Part shown: positions 31,873-41,900 of the stretch, in pieces
Position numbering within the stretch: position 1 is the first letter of the stretch
How the letters are laid out: each line of letters starts with the position of its first letter
Source: Faecousia sp.
Lineage (GTDB): Bacteria > Bacillota > Clostridia > Oscillospirales > Oscillospiraceae
Length of the DNA stretch: 64,000 nucleotides
Reading direction: 5' to 3'
Assembly (NCBI GenBank): GCA_051867135.1
Contig: JBJDYH010000223.1
Coordinates: forward strand, 11,597-75,596
Translations under genes and position numbers: made by a program
The notes under the pieces: generated by a model
Told to the model about the DNA's origin: nothing
Database searches by the model: none
What the model saw: only the letters and a program-made list of their open reading frames with translations

Positions 31873-32181
31873 TTTCATACTCCTCCATTGCCATCTTCGT
31901 AAAAAGATGTTCGTTATTTGCTTTTCTGCCTATAGATACATACAGCAAAGTGTTATCATCTGTGATGCATATACCAAATAAGATATTTCCTTTGCTTTTT
32001 TCAGAGAAAACATTACTGTTAGAAGTTAATTGTGTGCCTCTGTTGTTATTGATTAGGTATTCTACCCTTGATTTTTCTTGCTTAGTTAAATTGGGAACCC
32101 AATGGCCATTTCTGCTGTAATTTACCTCTCCATCCACCAGCGGCTCCCTGCCTTGAGAATCCAAAGCTTCTCGTGAGAAAT

Positions 32182-32379
32182 CTACTTTTGGCTTATTTCC
32201 GCTACTTTTTTCAGAATTTTCGGAGTTTTTGCCATCTCGTTTTCCGCCATCCATTCCATCAGAGCGCACTGCTGTTCCTCGGTTTCCATTGCGGATACTA
32301 TCCCAACTATAGCGTCCTTTTCCACGCCGAAAATGCGAAGTCCAACTATTAAATGCTTTTGAATGTTCGTAAGTTCCAC
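32182..32379 (-). CDS. Nested small protein (+1 frame), paralog of 31636-31872
   Basis: SD GGAGG 9 nt before GTG; shared LTxxQKxLIxxLxxxGxxK..E..ExM..A..IS pattern. Confidence 0.7.
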   Translation of the reverse strand: MELTNIQKHLIVGLRIFGVEKDAIVGIVSAMETEEQQCALMEWMAENEMAKTPKILKKVAEISQK

Positions 32380-32630
32380 TTTCTAAGGCCTCCGTAAAAT
32401 TATCGATCGCAACCCGGTTCTTTTTGGTGATGCTAACTTTTACAAGGATTGTATAGTCCATAAAAGACTGATTGCTGTAAATATAGAAATAACCTCTAGT
32501 ATAGGCATACCATTGAGCAGGAAGGTCATTGTGAAACTGCCGCAACCTTTGGAAACAATTGTTATCCATCGTTTCTAGTTCAATGCTCCTACCGCCCGGC
32601 AGATATTTCAGAAAGTGTGCATCTTGGGGG

Positions 32631-32735
32631 TTGATTTCTCAGAATATATCTGCTAAACTGTATTTAGGAGCTGATATCAGGGAGGGGGCTTGATCGTTTT
32701 CAGGCGCACTCCCCACGACATCGGCTTCTATTTTG
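32631..32735 (+). ncRNA. Putative antisense small hairpin RNA with sigma-A promoter
   Basis: TTGATT(32631)-17-TAAACT(32654) with extended TG; stems 32665-32678/32717-32730 and 32680-32693/32700-32713; T tract. Confidence 0.6.
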
Positions 32736-32820
32736 TCATCGCAACAGCCAAAAATAACCTTCCTCCAACATCCAATGTCATTAAGTTGGTGACATTGGTA
32801 TTACTGCCGCTGCATTTTTT

Positions 32821-33079
32821 ACCTAAATTCCACAAAAATTATCATATACACGGTGGTTTTCAAAAACTTTTTTCGCAAATTATGTACATTAATTCCGATA
32901 AATCCCACGTTTTCTGAATAATTTATAAAATATTGCCAGAAAAATTTTTGTGAATAATTAACATATACCCAAAAGAAAAAAGCGACTCGAAAAGTTTAAT
33001 ATTTGAACAATTTTTGTGTAAAATAGTAAACAACTTCTTAAAAAAGTTTTGTATATGATAATTCTTGAGAAATTTAGGT
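32821..33079. repeat. 30-bp inverted repeat pair (27/30 identical) around an AT-rich spacer
   Basis: 32821-32850 versus 33050-33079 (tgtatatgataattyttgwgraatttaggt). Confidence 0.75.
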
Positions 33080-33217
33080 TTTTATCAAAAAGTTCGGAAA
33101 ATAGCAAATCGCGTGACCCTCCTTACACCCTAACCGCGCCCTAACCGCCGCAAAACCCCACAAAATCCCACATAGCTAAACATTTGTGTAAAATCAAAGC
33201 TGCCAGAAAAATAAAAA

Positions 33218-33250
33218 AATACCTGAAATCGTAGGATTTCAGGTACTTTT
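33218..33250 (-). terminator. tRNA-Pro terminator
   Basis: tacctgaaatc-gtag-gatttcaggta plus A tract. Confidence 0.8.
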
Positions 33251-33326
33251 GGTCCGAGTGACTGGATTCGAACCAGCGGCCTCTTGAACCCCATTCAAGC
33301 GCGATACCAAACTTCGCCACACCCGG
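33250..33326 (-). tRNA. tRNA-Pro(GGG)
   Basis: 77-nt cloverleaf: CCGGGTG/CACTCGG acceptor, CTTGA-ATGGGGT-TCAAG anticodon arm, GGTTCGAATCC, encoded CCA. Confidence 0.96.
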
Positions 33327-33412
33327 ATATTGCCTGCGTTTTTCAGCTGCCTGAATATACTAGCATACCTTGACGAAAAATGCAAGCATTATTTTTACTT
33401 TTTTGAAAAATT

Positions 33413-33631
33413 TTATTCGCCGGGATCCAGCTTGATAACCTTGCCAATATTCCACAGAGCAGCTACCCGTTTTTCGGCTTCCAGCTTCTCTTTTTCATTG
33501 CTGTACTCAACATATACAGTATGGGCGCCGCAATCGCAGCACTCTACCTGTACATTCCAGCCGCCCTCATGGGTAATCATACCCACGCCCCGGCAGGCGG
33601 GGCACTCTTCCAGCTCGATCATGTTCTCCAT
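33413..33631 (-). CDS. Small zinc-ribbon protein, Lar (restriction alleviation)-like
   Basis: LEECPACRG, VECCDCGA, terminal A..WN motif; SD GGAGA. Confidence 0.7.
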   Translation of the reverse strand: MENMIELEECPACRGVGMITHEGGWNVQVECCDCGAHTVYVEYSNEKEKLEAEKRVAALWNIGKVIKLDPGE

Positions 33632-33644
33632 CGTAAATATCTCC

Positions 33645-34304
33645 TTATCTAAAAATGGTTTCCGAGGTGTCGTACACCTCTTCCCGGCAATACTTCACAT
33701 ACTCCGGGGCAAATTCCGGCATATAGGTCTCAATGGCCGCCACAAGCTGCGCAGGATTCAAGGCAGGGTTTTGGCAGCAAATAGTGGCATGAATGCGCAG
33801 AATGTTTCCATCTGCTTCTTCCAGTTCCAAGTTCTTAATCATTGGAATGATGTCCTGATCTGCTACGCCGTTTTTGCTATGCTTTTGCACAATTAAGGTT
33901 TCCCGGACAAAAAGCGCTTCCAGAGACGATTTTGCCTCGGCAGGGACTTTTTCTTGATAATGCAAATCAACATAGCAGCGCAGCAAAGCGATTTCCTTTT
34001 GCTTTCTGCCTCCTTCGTAGACCTGAAGCACCCGAACACCATCAATCAGCGCGGTATTCAGGCGGCTGACAATCTCTTCGCAGGTAACCCCCTCGTCCTC
34101 GATTTCAAAATCCAGCAGCTCGCAGCGGCTGGCTACGCCTACGGACAATGGCAAGGCTATGGACACGGAAGGCCGGGGATTAAAGCCTTGGGTATGCTTC
34201 AAATGCAGCCCGGCTCGCTTAAATGCCCGCTGAAACAGGCGCATCAAATCCAGATGGGAAATCCATACGGCGTTCCCCTTCTTTTCAAACAGCGCTCTAA
34301 GCAT
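33645..34304 (-). CDS. TIGR03936 radical SAM-associated protein (DUF2344)
   Basis: WISHLDLMRLFQRAFKRA, TQGFNPRP, LSVG..S..E. Confidence 0.9.
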   Translation of the reverse strand: MLRALFEKKGNAVWISHLDLMRLFQRAFKRAGLHLKHTQGFNPRPSVSIALPLSVGVASRCELLDFEIEDEGVTCEEIVSRLNTALIDGVRVLQVYEGGRKQKEIALLRCYVDLHYQEKVPAEAKSSLEALFVRETLIVQKHSKNGVADQDIIPMIKNLELEEADGNILRIHATICCQNPALNPAQLVAAIETYMPEFAPEYVKYCREEVYDTSETIFR

Positions 34305-36132
34305 CGCAGCCCACCTCCTTAAGCAAGCAGTTGGCGCCGCACCCGGCGCAGCCCTGGCGGCAGTCGGGAGTAACGATACCCTCCATGGCCTTATGGCGCT
34401 CTCTCAGCAGGAATTTCTTAGTAACACCTACATCAATATGATCCCAAGGCAGCAACTCCTCTTCCCCATATCCTCGGGTAGTGTAGAAGTTTATGTCCAC
34501 GCCGCAATGTTCAAAGGCTTCCATCCATGCCATGTTGTTAAAGTGCTCGTCCCAGCCGTCAAGCCGGGCTCCCCGCCGGAACGCTTCCGCAATCACAGCA
34601 CCTACCCTGCGGTCACCCCGGGCGAATACGGCTTCCAGACGGCTGAGGGCGGGGTCATGGTAGTCATACTCAATGCTCTTGGAATAGAAATGGCTTTTCA
34701 GCAGCTTACACCGACGCAGGTATTCCTCCGGGGTAATCTGCTTTTCCCATTGGAAAGGTGTATGGGGTTTCGGGACAAAGAAAGCGGTAGCCACATGGAC
34801 GCGAAGCCCCCGTTTCTTATTGGAAGCGTGCTCTTTCCAGACTTGGATGACTTTATACACCAATTCCGCAATACCGAGAACATCTTCATCGGTTTCCGTA
34901 GGCAGGCCCAGCATAAAGTACAGCTTTACATGATTCCAGCCGCCGGAAAAAGCATTGGCGCAGGTGGTAAGGATTTCTTCTTCCGTAAGGTTCTTGTTGA
35001 TAACATCTCTCAGCCGCTGAGTACCCGCTTCCGGGGCAAAGGTCAGGCCGGTCTTGCGAACAGTCTGCAATTTTTCCATCAGCTCCCGGGAGAAATTATC
35101 TGCCCGCAGGGAAGGCACCGAGAGGCTTACCCGGTGGTCGGCGCAGTAAGGAATCAGCTCGTCCGTCAGTTCCTTCAAGCCACGGTAATCCGAGGTAGAA
35201 AGGCTGGACAGGGTAATTTCGTTGATGCCGGAATATTCCAGCGTCTCCACCGCCTGACGGTAGAGCGTCTCTGGACTTTTCTTCCGCACGGGGCGGCAGG
35301 AAAAGCCTGCCTGACAGAAGCGGCAGCCCCGGATACAGCCCCGGAATACTTCCAGATTGGCCCGGTCATGGACAATCTCCGTGGAGGGGACAATCATTTT
35401 AGTAGGATAGTAGGCCTTGTCCAAGTCTTCCACAATGCGCTTGGTAACTTTGGCTGGAACACCTTCTTTGGCCCTCAGCTCTTTCAAGGTGCCGTTTTCG
35501 TTGTACACAGGGGTATAGAAAGAGGGCACGTACACGCCGGGAATTTTGGCAACCTCCTGCAAAAACCGGGCTTTCGTCCAACTTTCCCGCTTGGCCTTGT
35601 CATAAAGCGATACAATTTCGGGGGTAATATCCTCGCCCTCGCCCAGAGAGAAAAAGTCGATAAACTCCGCCAAAGGCTCCGGGTTAAAGGCGCAAACGCC
35701 GCCGGCAAATACAATATTTTTAAGGTCTGTTCTCTCGCAGCTGCGCAGAGGCAAACCGGAAAGACGGAGCATATTCAAAATATTGGTATAGCTCATCTCA
35801 TACCCGATGGAAAAAGCGATCATGTCAAAGTCAATCACCGGGTCTTGACTTTCCAGCGCCCAGAGGGGAATGCCATTGTCCAGCATGGCCTTTTCCATGT
35901 CAGACCAAGGGGCAAACACCCGCTCGCACCACACGCCCTCCATCTCGTTCATAACGCCGTAGAGGATGCGCATGCCTACATTGGACATACCAATCTCATA
36001 GGTATCCGGGAAGCAAAAAGCAACTCTTACCCGCACATCCCCGAGATTCTTTTTGATTTCATTAAACTCCCCGCCGGTATACCGGGCAGGCTTCTGCACC
36101 GCAGGCAGGATTTTTTGCAGCAATTCGGTCAT
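34297..36132 (-). CDS. TIGR03960 family B12-binding radical SAM protein
   Basis: KPARYTGGE, FPDTYEIGMSN, RGCIRGCRFCQAG, TFAPEAGT, LPWDHI. Confidence 0.92.
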   Translation of the reverse strand: MTELLQKILPAVQKPARYTGGEFNEIKKNLGDVRVRVAFCFPDTYEIGMSNVGMRILYGVMNEMEGVWCERVFAPWSDMEKAMLDNGIPLWALESQDPVIDFDMIAFSIGYEMSYTNILNMLRLSGLPLRSCERTDLKNIVFAGGVCAFNPEPLAEFIDFFSLGEGEDITPEIVSLYDKAKRESWTKARFLQEVAKIPGVYVPSFYTPVYNENGTLKELRAKEGVPAKVTKRIVEDLDKAYYPTKMIVPSTEIVHDRANLEVFRGCIRGCRFCQAGFSCRPVRKKSPETLYRQAVETLEYSGINEITLSSLSTSDYRGLKELTDELIPYCADHRVSLSVPSLRADNFSRELMEKLQTVRKTGLTFAPEAGTQRLRDVINKNLTEEEILTTCANAFSGGWNHVKLYFMLGLPTETDEDVLGIAELVYKVIQVWKEHASNKKRGLRVHVATAFFVPKPHTPFQWEKQITPEEYLRRCKLLKSHFYSKSIEYDYHDPALSRLEAVFARGDRRVGAVIAEAFRRGARLDGWDEHFNNMAWMEAFEHCGVDINFYTTRGYGEEELLPWDHIDVGVTKKFLLRERHKAMEGIVTPDCRQGCAGCGANCLLKEVGCDA

Positions 36133-36159
36133 GCTTGTACCTCGTTTCTGTAATCTCAT

Positions 36160-36735
36160 CTATTGTACAGCGGGGCGTGCATCTTTGCAAGGATTTTTTA
36201 AGAAATCCGACTTTATTAGCAATGCAAAAGCCACCAATAAAGGAAGAATGCCGAGATGTTTCAAAAACGAAGCCCAAAGGCAGGCCAAAACCACAGTGAA
36301 AAAGAAAAACCTTTGCAGCCATAAAAAGATTCGTTCCCCCCGGTAGGGAAACACGAGAACCAGCAAATTCTCTACTGCCCTGCCCCCGTCTAAGGGATAC
36401 AATGGAAGTAAGTTCCATGCGCTGTGAACCAAAGCGCATAGGGCAAGCCTTGGCATCTTTATGGACAGCAAGAATAAAAGAAGCCCTCCGGCAGGGCCTG
36501 CCAGAGCGCAAATAAGGTGCTTACCGGGAGTTAAGGGGGATGTGTGCATTTTTATGCCACCGGCGGTCATATACAGGGAATAAACCTGACCCCCGCAAAG
36601 GCGCACCGCCAAATAATGGCAAAGCTCATGAACCGCGATACTAACTGCAGCGGCAGCCATCCACCGAAGAGGAAGCGCCAATGCAAGAAAGCCCAATAGC
36701 AGCCACAAGCTTTTCCCTGTCCGTATCTTACCCAT
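36160..36735 (-). CDS. M50 site-2 protease (SpoIVFB-like)
   Basis: HELCH, ALAGP, NLLPLYPLDGGR. Confidence 0.85.
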   Translation of the reverse strand: MGKIRTGKSLWLLLGFLALALPLRWMAAAAVSIAVHELCHYLAVRLCGGQVYSLYMTAGGIKMHTSPLTPGKHLICALAGPAGGLLLFLLSIKMPRLALCALVHSAWNLLPLYPLDGGRAVENLLVLVFPYRGERIFLWLQRFFFFTVVLACLWASFLKHLGILPLLVAFALLIKSDFLKNPCKDARPAVQ

Positions 36736-37012
36736 CCAGAGAAGAAAATACCTGCACGCAAAAGCTATGCAGCGCTTTCCCAATAGGCTCCCCATCACCA
36801 ATCTGCTCGGCAAGAATCTCCAGCGCTTCTACTGCGTCTGCCCCGAAGCCGGGAAAGATTAGCTGCATCAGCCCAAGACGCACTTGGGGTACAAAGGCCG
36901 CAGCGAGCAGAAAAGAAACCGCTGCGGCGGTAATTATCCAGCCCATGGGCACTCTTTTCTTTCTCAAATCCTGCTTGATAGGGACACTATCATAGCGAAT
37001 GCAATAGCTCAT
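36728..37012 (-). CDS. Small membrane protein upstream of the M50 protease
   Basis: ATG 37012 with GGGGGAG SD, one TM, stop overlaps next start. Confidence 0.65.
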   Translation of the reverse strand: MSYCIRYDSVPIKQDLRKKRVPMGWIITAAAVSFLLAAAFVPQVRLGLMQLIFPGFGADAVEALEILAEQIGDGEPIGKALHSFCVQVFSSLDG

Positions 37013-37094
37013 ATTTCCGCTCCCCCCTACTGCTATCAGTATACACCCGGGAAGTGAAAAAATACCGGCATTCCTAATGGAATGCCGGTAGAAG

Positions 37095-37850
37095 TTATCT
37101 GGTTCTGGGACGGCGGGATGCCTTCTGCCGCTGCATAGAAAGGAACACACCGGCACCAACAGCCCCAGCAATACAAAGAATGTACAGATAGAAGCCAACA
37201 CTGGGGGTTAGCTTAATCAGGCTGCGCAGCTCGCTGGGAATACCGGACTTGGTGGCCAGAGAAGTAAAAAACCACGCCAAGAAAGCGCCAAGCACCGCTG
37301 CGGCAGAAATGCCCATGTAGTTGTTTTCACGCCGCCATGCAAAATATGCCACAAGGGCAGGCGCTGCAATCAGCACAAGATACATCGCCAAGGCGCAAAA
37401 ATACCAAAAGTTCAGCTTGCCAAGGTCTCCCAAACAGGAGAAGAAAGCATGGAACAAAGAAGTGCTGTCGGAGGCCAGAGGCGTAGAAACCTTAAACCAA
37501 GGCAAAAGCAGGCAAATAAAAGCCAGAGCAGCAGCGCCAATGGGGGCCAGCTCCACACCCTGCGGATTACGCTTTTTGCGTCTGCGAATATGGCTCTGTG
37601 TACCATGCCCGGCTTGGGAGGTACGGGCAGGCCGGGAATTAGGGGTAGGCTGTTCATAAACAGGCTGTTGGCTGTAAGCGGGCTGCTCATAAGAAGGTTT
37701 GTTCTCGAAAGAAGGTTGCTGCACAGGGGCCTGAACTTCCACGGATTTCTCCTCATAATCGTCCAGAGACACGCCCGTTAATACCGCGCCGCAAGAGACA
37801 CAGAAAACATCCTCTTCGTTATTTTCAGCGCCACATTTCGTACAAAGCAT
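37095..37850 (-). CDS. Zinc-ribbon domain membrane protein
   Basis: CTKCG..FCVSCG, Pro/Gln linker, four TMs with LPW and GFYLY. Confidence 0.8.
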   Translation of the reverse strand: MLCTKCGAENNEEDVFCVSCGAVLTGVSLDDYEEKSVEVQAPVQQPSFENKPSYEQPAYSQQPVYEQPTPNSRPARTSQAGHGTQSHIRRRKKRNPQGVELAPIGAAALAFICLLLPWFKVSTPLASDSTSLFHAFFSCLGDLGKLNFWYFCALAMYLVLIAAPALVAYFAWRRENNYMGISAAAVLGAFLAWFFTSLATKSGIPSELRSLIKLTPSVGFYLYILCIAGAVGAGVFLSMQRQKASRRPRTR

Positions 37851-37946
37851 AATTCATCTCTCCATCTCTATGTGGCAAATTGCCACAGAACGCTTTGGGA
37901 CAAATGCCCCATGCTGGCGCGCCATCATGGGGCACGGTGTCAAAAA

Positions 37947-38588
37947 TTATTTCTTCTCGTTCAGGAAGCAAACAACGGCGTATGCTGCCATGCAAATAAT
38001 GTACAGATAGAATCCAAAGCCCATCTTGGCATACTTGGAAAGCCCGGACATTGCAGCGTCTGCGCAGGCATCCCAAACGAACAGCGTAATAAGGGCCAGA
38101 ACCGCACCGCCAATCGCAGCAAACTTGCCGTAAGCTACCTTCTTTGCGGCAGCGAACAGGCAGAAGCCAACAACAGCAATGCAGACAAGGCTAAGCAGAG
38201 AAAGAAGCACATAGCTGAAGCCGGCGTCCCAAGAGTCAAAATCAAATGCAGCCGTAAAAATAGACACAGAATCGGATTGGCCGAAAATAGACACTACATA
38301 CCAAGGCAGGAAAAGGCAGATCACAGCGATGCCGGCGGCAACAATAGGAATCATCGCCATAATATTGGACTTGGGCATGCCGGAATTGCCGGAATGATTG
38401 GGGGTGTATCCAGCCCTGGGAGTATAGCCCGCATTGGGGGTATAGCCTGTGTTGGGAGTGTATCCCGTGTTAGGGGTATAACCGTTAGTGGGAGCTGCAG
38501 GCGCAGCGGCTTGCCCCATAGGAGAACCACAGCTGCGGCAGAACTTTGCGCCGTCGTCATTTTTCGCACCACATTTACTACAGAACAT
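37947..38588 (-). CDS. Zinc-ribbon domain membrane protein with GYTPN repeats
   Basis: CSKCG..FCRSCG, five 18-bp GYTP(N/R) repeats, four TMs with LPW and GFYLY. Confidence 0.8.
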   Translation of the reverse strand: MFCSKCGAKNDDGAKFCRSCGSPMGQAAAPAAPTNGYTPNTGYTPNTGYTPNAGYTPRAGYTPNHSGNSGMPKSNIMAMIPIVAAGIAVICLFLPWYVVSIFGQSDSVSIFTAAFDFDSWDAGFSYVLLSLLSLVCIAVVGFCLFAAAKKVAYGKFAAIGGAVLALITLFVWDACADAAMSGLSKYAKMGFGFYLYIICMAAYAVVCFLNEKK

Positions 38589-38766
38589 AATTGTGTTTTC
38601 CTTTCCTTTTTCATGATTGCTGGGTTTTGATTATTTTACCATATCGATTTGGATATTGCAATGAGGAAAAAGGAAATTATGGCGAAAAAATGAACAATTT
38701 TTGAATATATGGGAAACCGGAAAGCAAAACGCACAGTTTTGTTTCCCGGAAAACTCAGTGTGTCCT

Positions 38767-38933
38767 TAAGGAAGCTCTGAATAAATCGCCTGCGGCTGGA
38801 GGGCGAATCTTTTGCCACATCCGTGCAGTTCTAAAAATGGGAAATACACAAAGTATTCCGCCATTTTTAGAACTTTCGGCTGAGCCAAAATCTTCTGCCC
38901 CCAGCTCTTGCCGATTTAATCAGAGCTTCCTTA
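38767..38933 (-). mobile_element. 167-bp MITE-like repeat, copy 2
   Basis: Reverse complement of 10703-10869 with few substitutions. Confidence 0.85.
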
Positions 38934-38934
38934 G

Positions 38935-41900
38935 TTATTCTACGGATTTCAGCGCCTCTGCCATATTGATTTTTTCAAGACGGAAGTACAAAATCAAATC
39001 CACCAAGCAAGCGCAGAACATAGTAAGTACAATAGAGATAATAAAGCTGGGAGTACCGATTCTGGCTTGCAGCCAGACAACATCCACCTTGATCTGTGAG
39101 ATCACAAAAATCAGCAGCAGCTTGCCTCCCAGCAGGCCAAGCCCTGCGCCTACGGCTGACAGGAGAAGATTTTCCTTAAATACATAGGCAGCCGTCTCCC
39201 CGGCTCGGAAGCCCAAAACCTTAATGGTAGCAATCTCCCGAATGCGCTCGGTAATGTTGATATTGGTAAGGTTATACAGTACAATGACCGCCAAGGCCGC
39301 AGCGCAAACCACAACCGTCACCACAACAAGATCCAGCGCTTCCAGCATAGTGCCTACTTGCTCGGCAAGGTCCTGACAAACGGTTACATGGATAACTCCA
39401 TCCGCTTGGGAAGCCTTTGCGCTAACAATATGGGCATCCTGGTACTCATCCACATTCAGGCAAGCAACCTGCAAGGGTGCCTCTTCGCCCAACTGGTTGA
39501 AATAGGTATCCCGGGATATTACCACATAATTATACACATAGTTTTCATAAATGCCGCTGACGGTAACATGGATTTGCTGCATTTCGGAATTGTTCAGGGT
39601 GATGCTGTCACCCACAGACAAACCCATCATTTCCGCAATGCCCACGGAAACCAAAGCCTCATCTTTCCCCGGCATAGGCAAAGGCTTTCCATCATAATGG
39701 AAGTCCATAAAGCCGCTCAAGCCATCATCGGCACAAATCAAGGTAATTCCTCTGGTGGTGCCTCCGTCAGAAATTTCTCCGGTGCTTTGGTGATAGAAGT
39801 AAATCTCCTGAGCATAATCCCCCATGTCTTCATAGAAACCCTCTATCTGCTGCTGCGAACAGCCTTGGGAGAAGCGGATATCCATATCATAAAGGGTGAT
39901 TTCCTCAAATTGATAGTCCACAATATTCACAATGGAGTCCCGCAAGCCAAAGCCGGTAAGCAGCAGCGCTGTACAGCCGCCGATGCCTACCATCATCATA
40001 AGCAGACGCTGCTTATAGCGAACCACATTGCGAAGCGTAACTTTATTCAAAAAGCTTAAGCGGTTCCAGAAGGGCAAATACTCCAAAAAGATTTTCTTGC
40101 CGGAGGTCGGGGCTTTGGGGCGAATCAGCTCCGCCGGAACATTGGTAAGCATTCTGCGGCAGCAATACCAAGTTACCAGCAGGTTGACCGCGGTGTAAGT
40201 CAGCACAACGCCGCCGCACAAATACCAATCAATATGCAGCTCAACCTGAGATGTGATATTGAGGAGGATGCCATAGGCCTTCCACAATACGATTGGGAAA
40301 ATGATGCTGCCCAAAACCACACCCAAGCCGCAGCCGATGATCGCCGCCGAGCCGGAATATCTGAGGTATTTGCTGATGATCTCCCCATTGGAGTACCCTA
40401 ACGCTTTCAAAGTGCCGATTTCGGTGCGTTCTTCCTCCACCATGCGGGTCATGGTGGTAATACACACCAGAGCGGCAATCAGCAGGAAGAATGCCGGAAA
40501 AACGGTAGAAACACCTTTGACGATATCAGAGTTGTTGTCAAGGGCCAGATAGCCTGTATTGGTATTACGATCCATCAGGTATAGGCTAGGCTCGCCCATG
40601 GATGCAATGGTTTCGGCAGCCTCGTCAAGCTGCCGTTTGGCATCTGCAAGCTCCGCTTCGGCATCGGCAAGCTCTTGCAATGCTGTTTCTTTGCCGGAAT
40701 TGTAGGTTTCCCAGCCCTCCGTCAATGCCTTTTCCCCTTCTTCCAGAGCATCCATGCCCTCCTGAAGCTGGGTACGCTTCTCGGCCAGCTCCTTCTCCCC
40801 TTGGGCAAGCTGGGCTTTTCCGTCGGTTATCTGTGCCTTTGCCTTGCTAAATTCTTCCTGGGCCAGAGCTTTTTGCTCCTCAAGCTGGGCAAAGCCATCG
40901 TTTATTTGCTTTAATGCATCCTCCAGCAGCGCCTTATTATCCAGCAGCTCCTGACGCTGTGCCAGCAATTCGCTGCGCTGCTGACGAAGCTGCTCCAACT
41001 GCTGAGAATATTCGTCATACTGCTGCTGCAGCTCCATTTGCTGCTGAATGCGGCTGCGCTGCTCCTGCTCCAGCTTTTCCAACTGGGTGCGAAGCTCGTT
41101 AATAACAGATTCCTGCACCCCCAAATCCTCAGCTGCATCCAAGGCTTCCCGGGCCGCAGAAATGGCGCTTTCTCCCGCGGCATTTAATCTGGCCAGCACA
41201 TCAATACTGATTTTTATCTGGGAAAGGCCTCTTTCCAGTTGAGAAATGCCGCTGTCAAGCTGAGAAAGGCCATCATCGATTTGCAAAAGGCCATCGTTTA
41301 CCAGCGCAAGATTTTCACTAACGGTTTTATAGTTTACCAAAAGCTCTTTTTCGGCAGCTTCAAACTGTTCATTTGCCGCCTTTTCCTGAGCTTTCAGCTC
41401 CTTTTCGCCGTTTGCAAGCTCTTGCTTTTTCTGCTGAAGCAAAGCTTCGGCCTCAGCAAGCTGGGCCTGCCCCTCTTCCAGCAAAGCTCTGTTGTCTTCT
41501 AACTCCTGCTGGGCTTCCAGCAGCTCTTTCTCGCCCTCAGTAAGCTCCTGCAATACCGTCTCTTTGGCATCCAGATATTCCCGGTATCCCCGGTCGTATT
41601 CTTCCGTACCCTCTTGATATTGGGTTTGAATGTCCTCCTTTACCTGCTCATAGCGCTGTTGGGCCAAAGGAAGCAGGATAGGTTCCAAAGAATCGGCTAC
41701 GGTATCCACAGCATCATCGTATTCTTCCGTATATACCTTCCGAGGGCCGTCTATGGTAATTGCAATCTCTGTATAGTAATCCACCTGAAAGCTATCCTTG
41801 GGCAGGTAGATAAACCCGGACACAGAGCCGCTTCCAAGGCTTGTGCTTCCCCGGGACATATCCATGTATAAAGGGCTGCTGACATAGCCCACTACTGTTA

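Larger units (their letters stand above)
31499..32730 (-). pseudogene. Fragment of phage large polyvalent protein gene (ORF 31499-32569 plus upstream in-frame remnant broken by TGA at 32639-32641)
   Basis: FSRE/YSR linkers; truncated DTQGRELSKAQQEYFKDSKVRNEN (start of ART-PolyVal-type module, from recall); AT-richer than flanks. Confidence 0.7.

Noticed and set aside
34393-36153. 586-aa plus-strand ORF (likewise 15916-17394, 43239-45092, 6425-7543, 29346-30704, 21859-23115)
   Set aside because: Antisense shadows of well-supported genes; no motifs or SD
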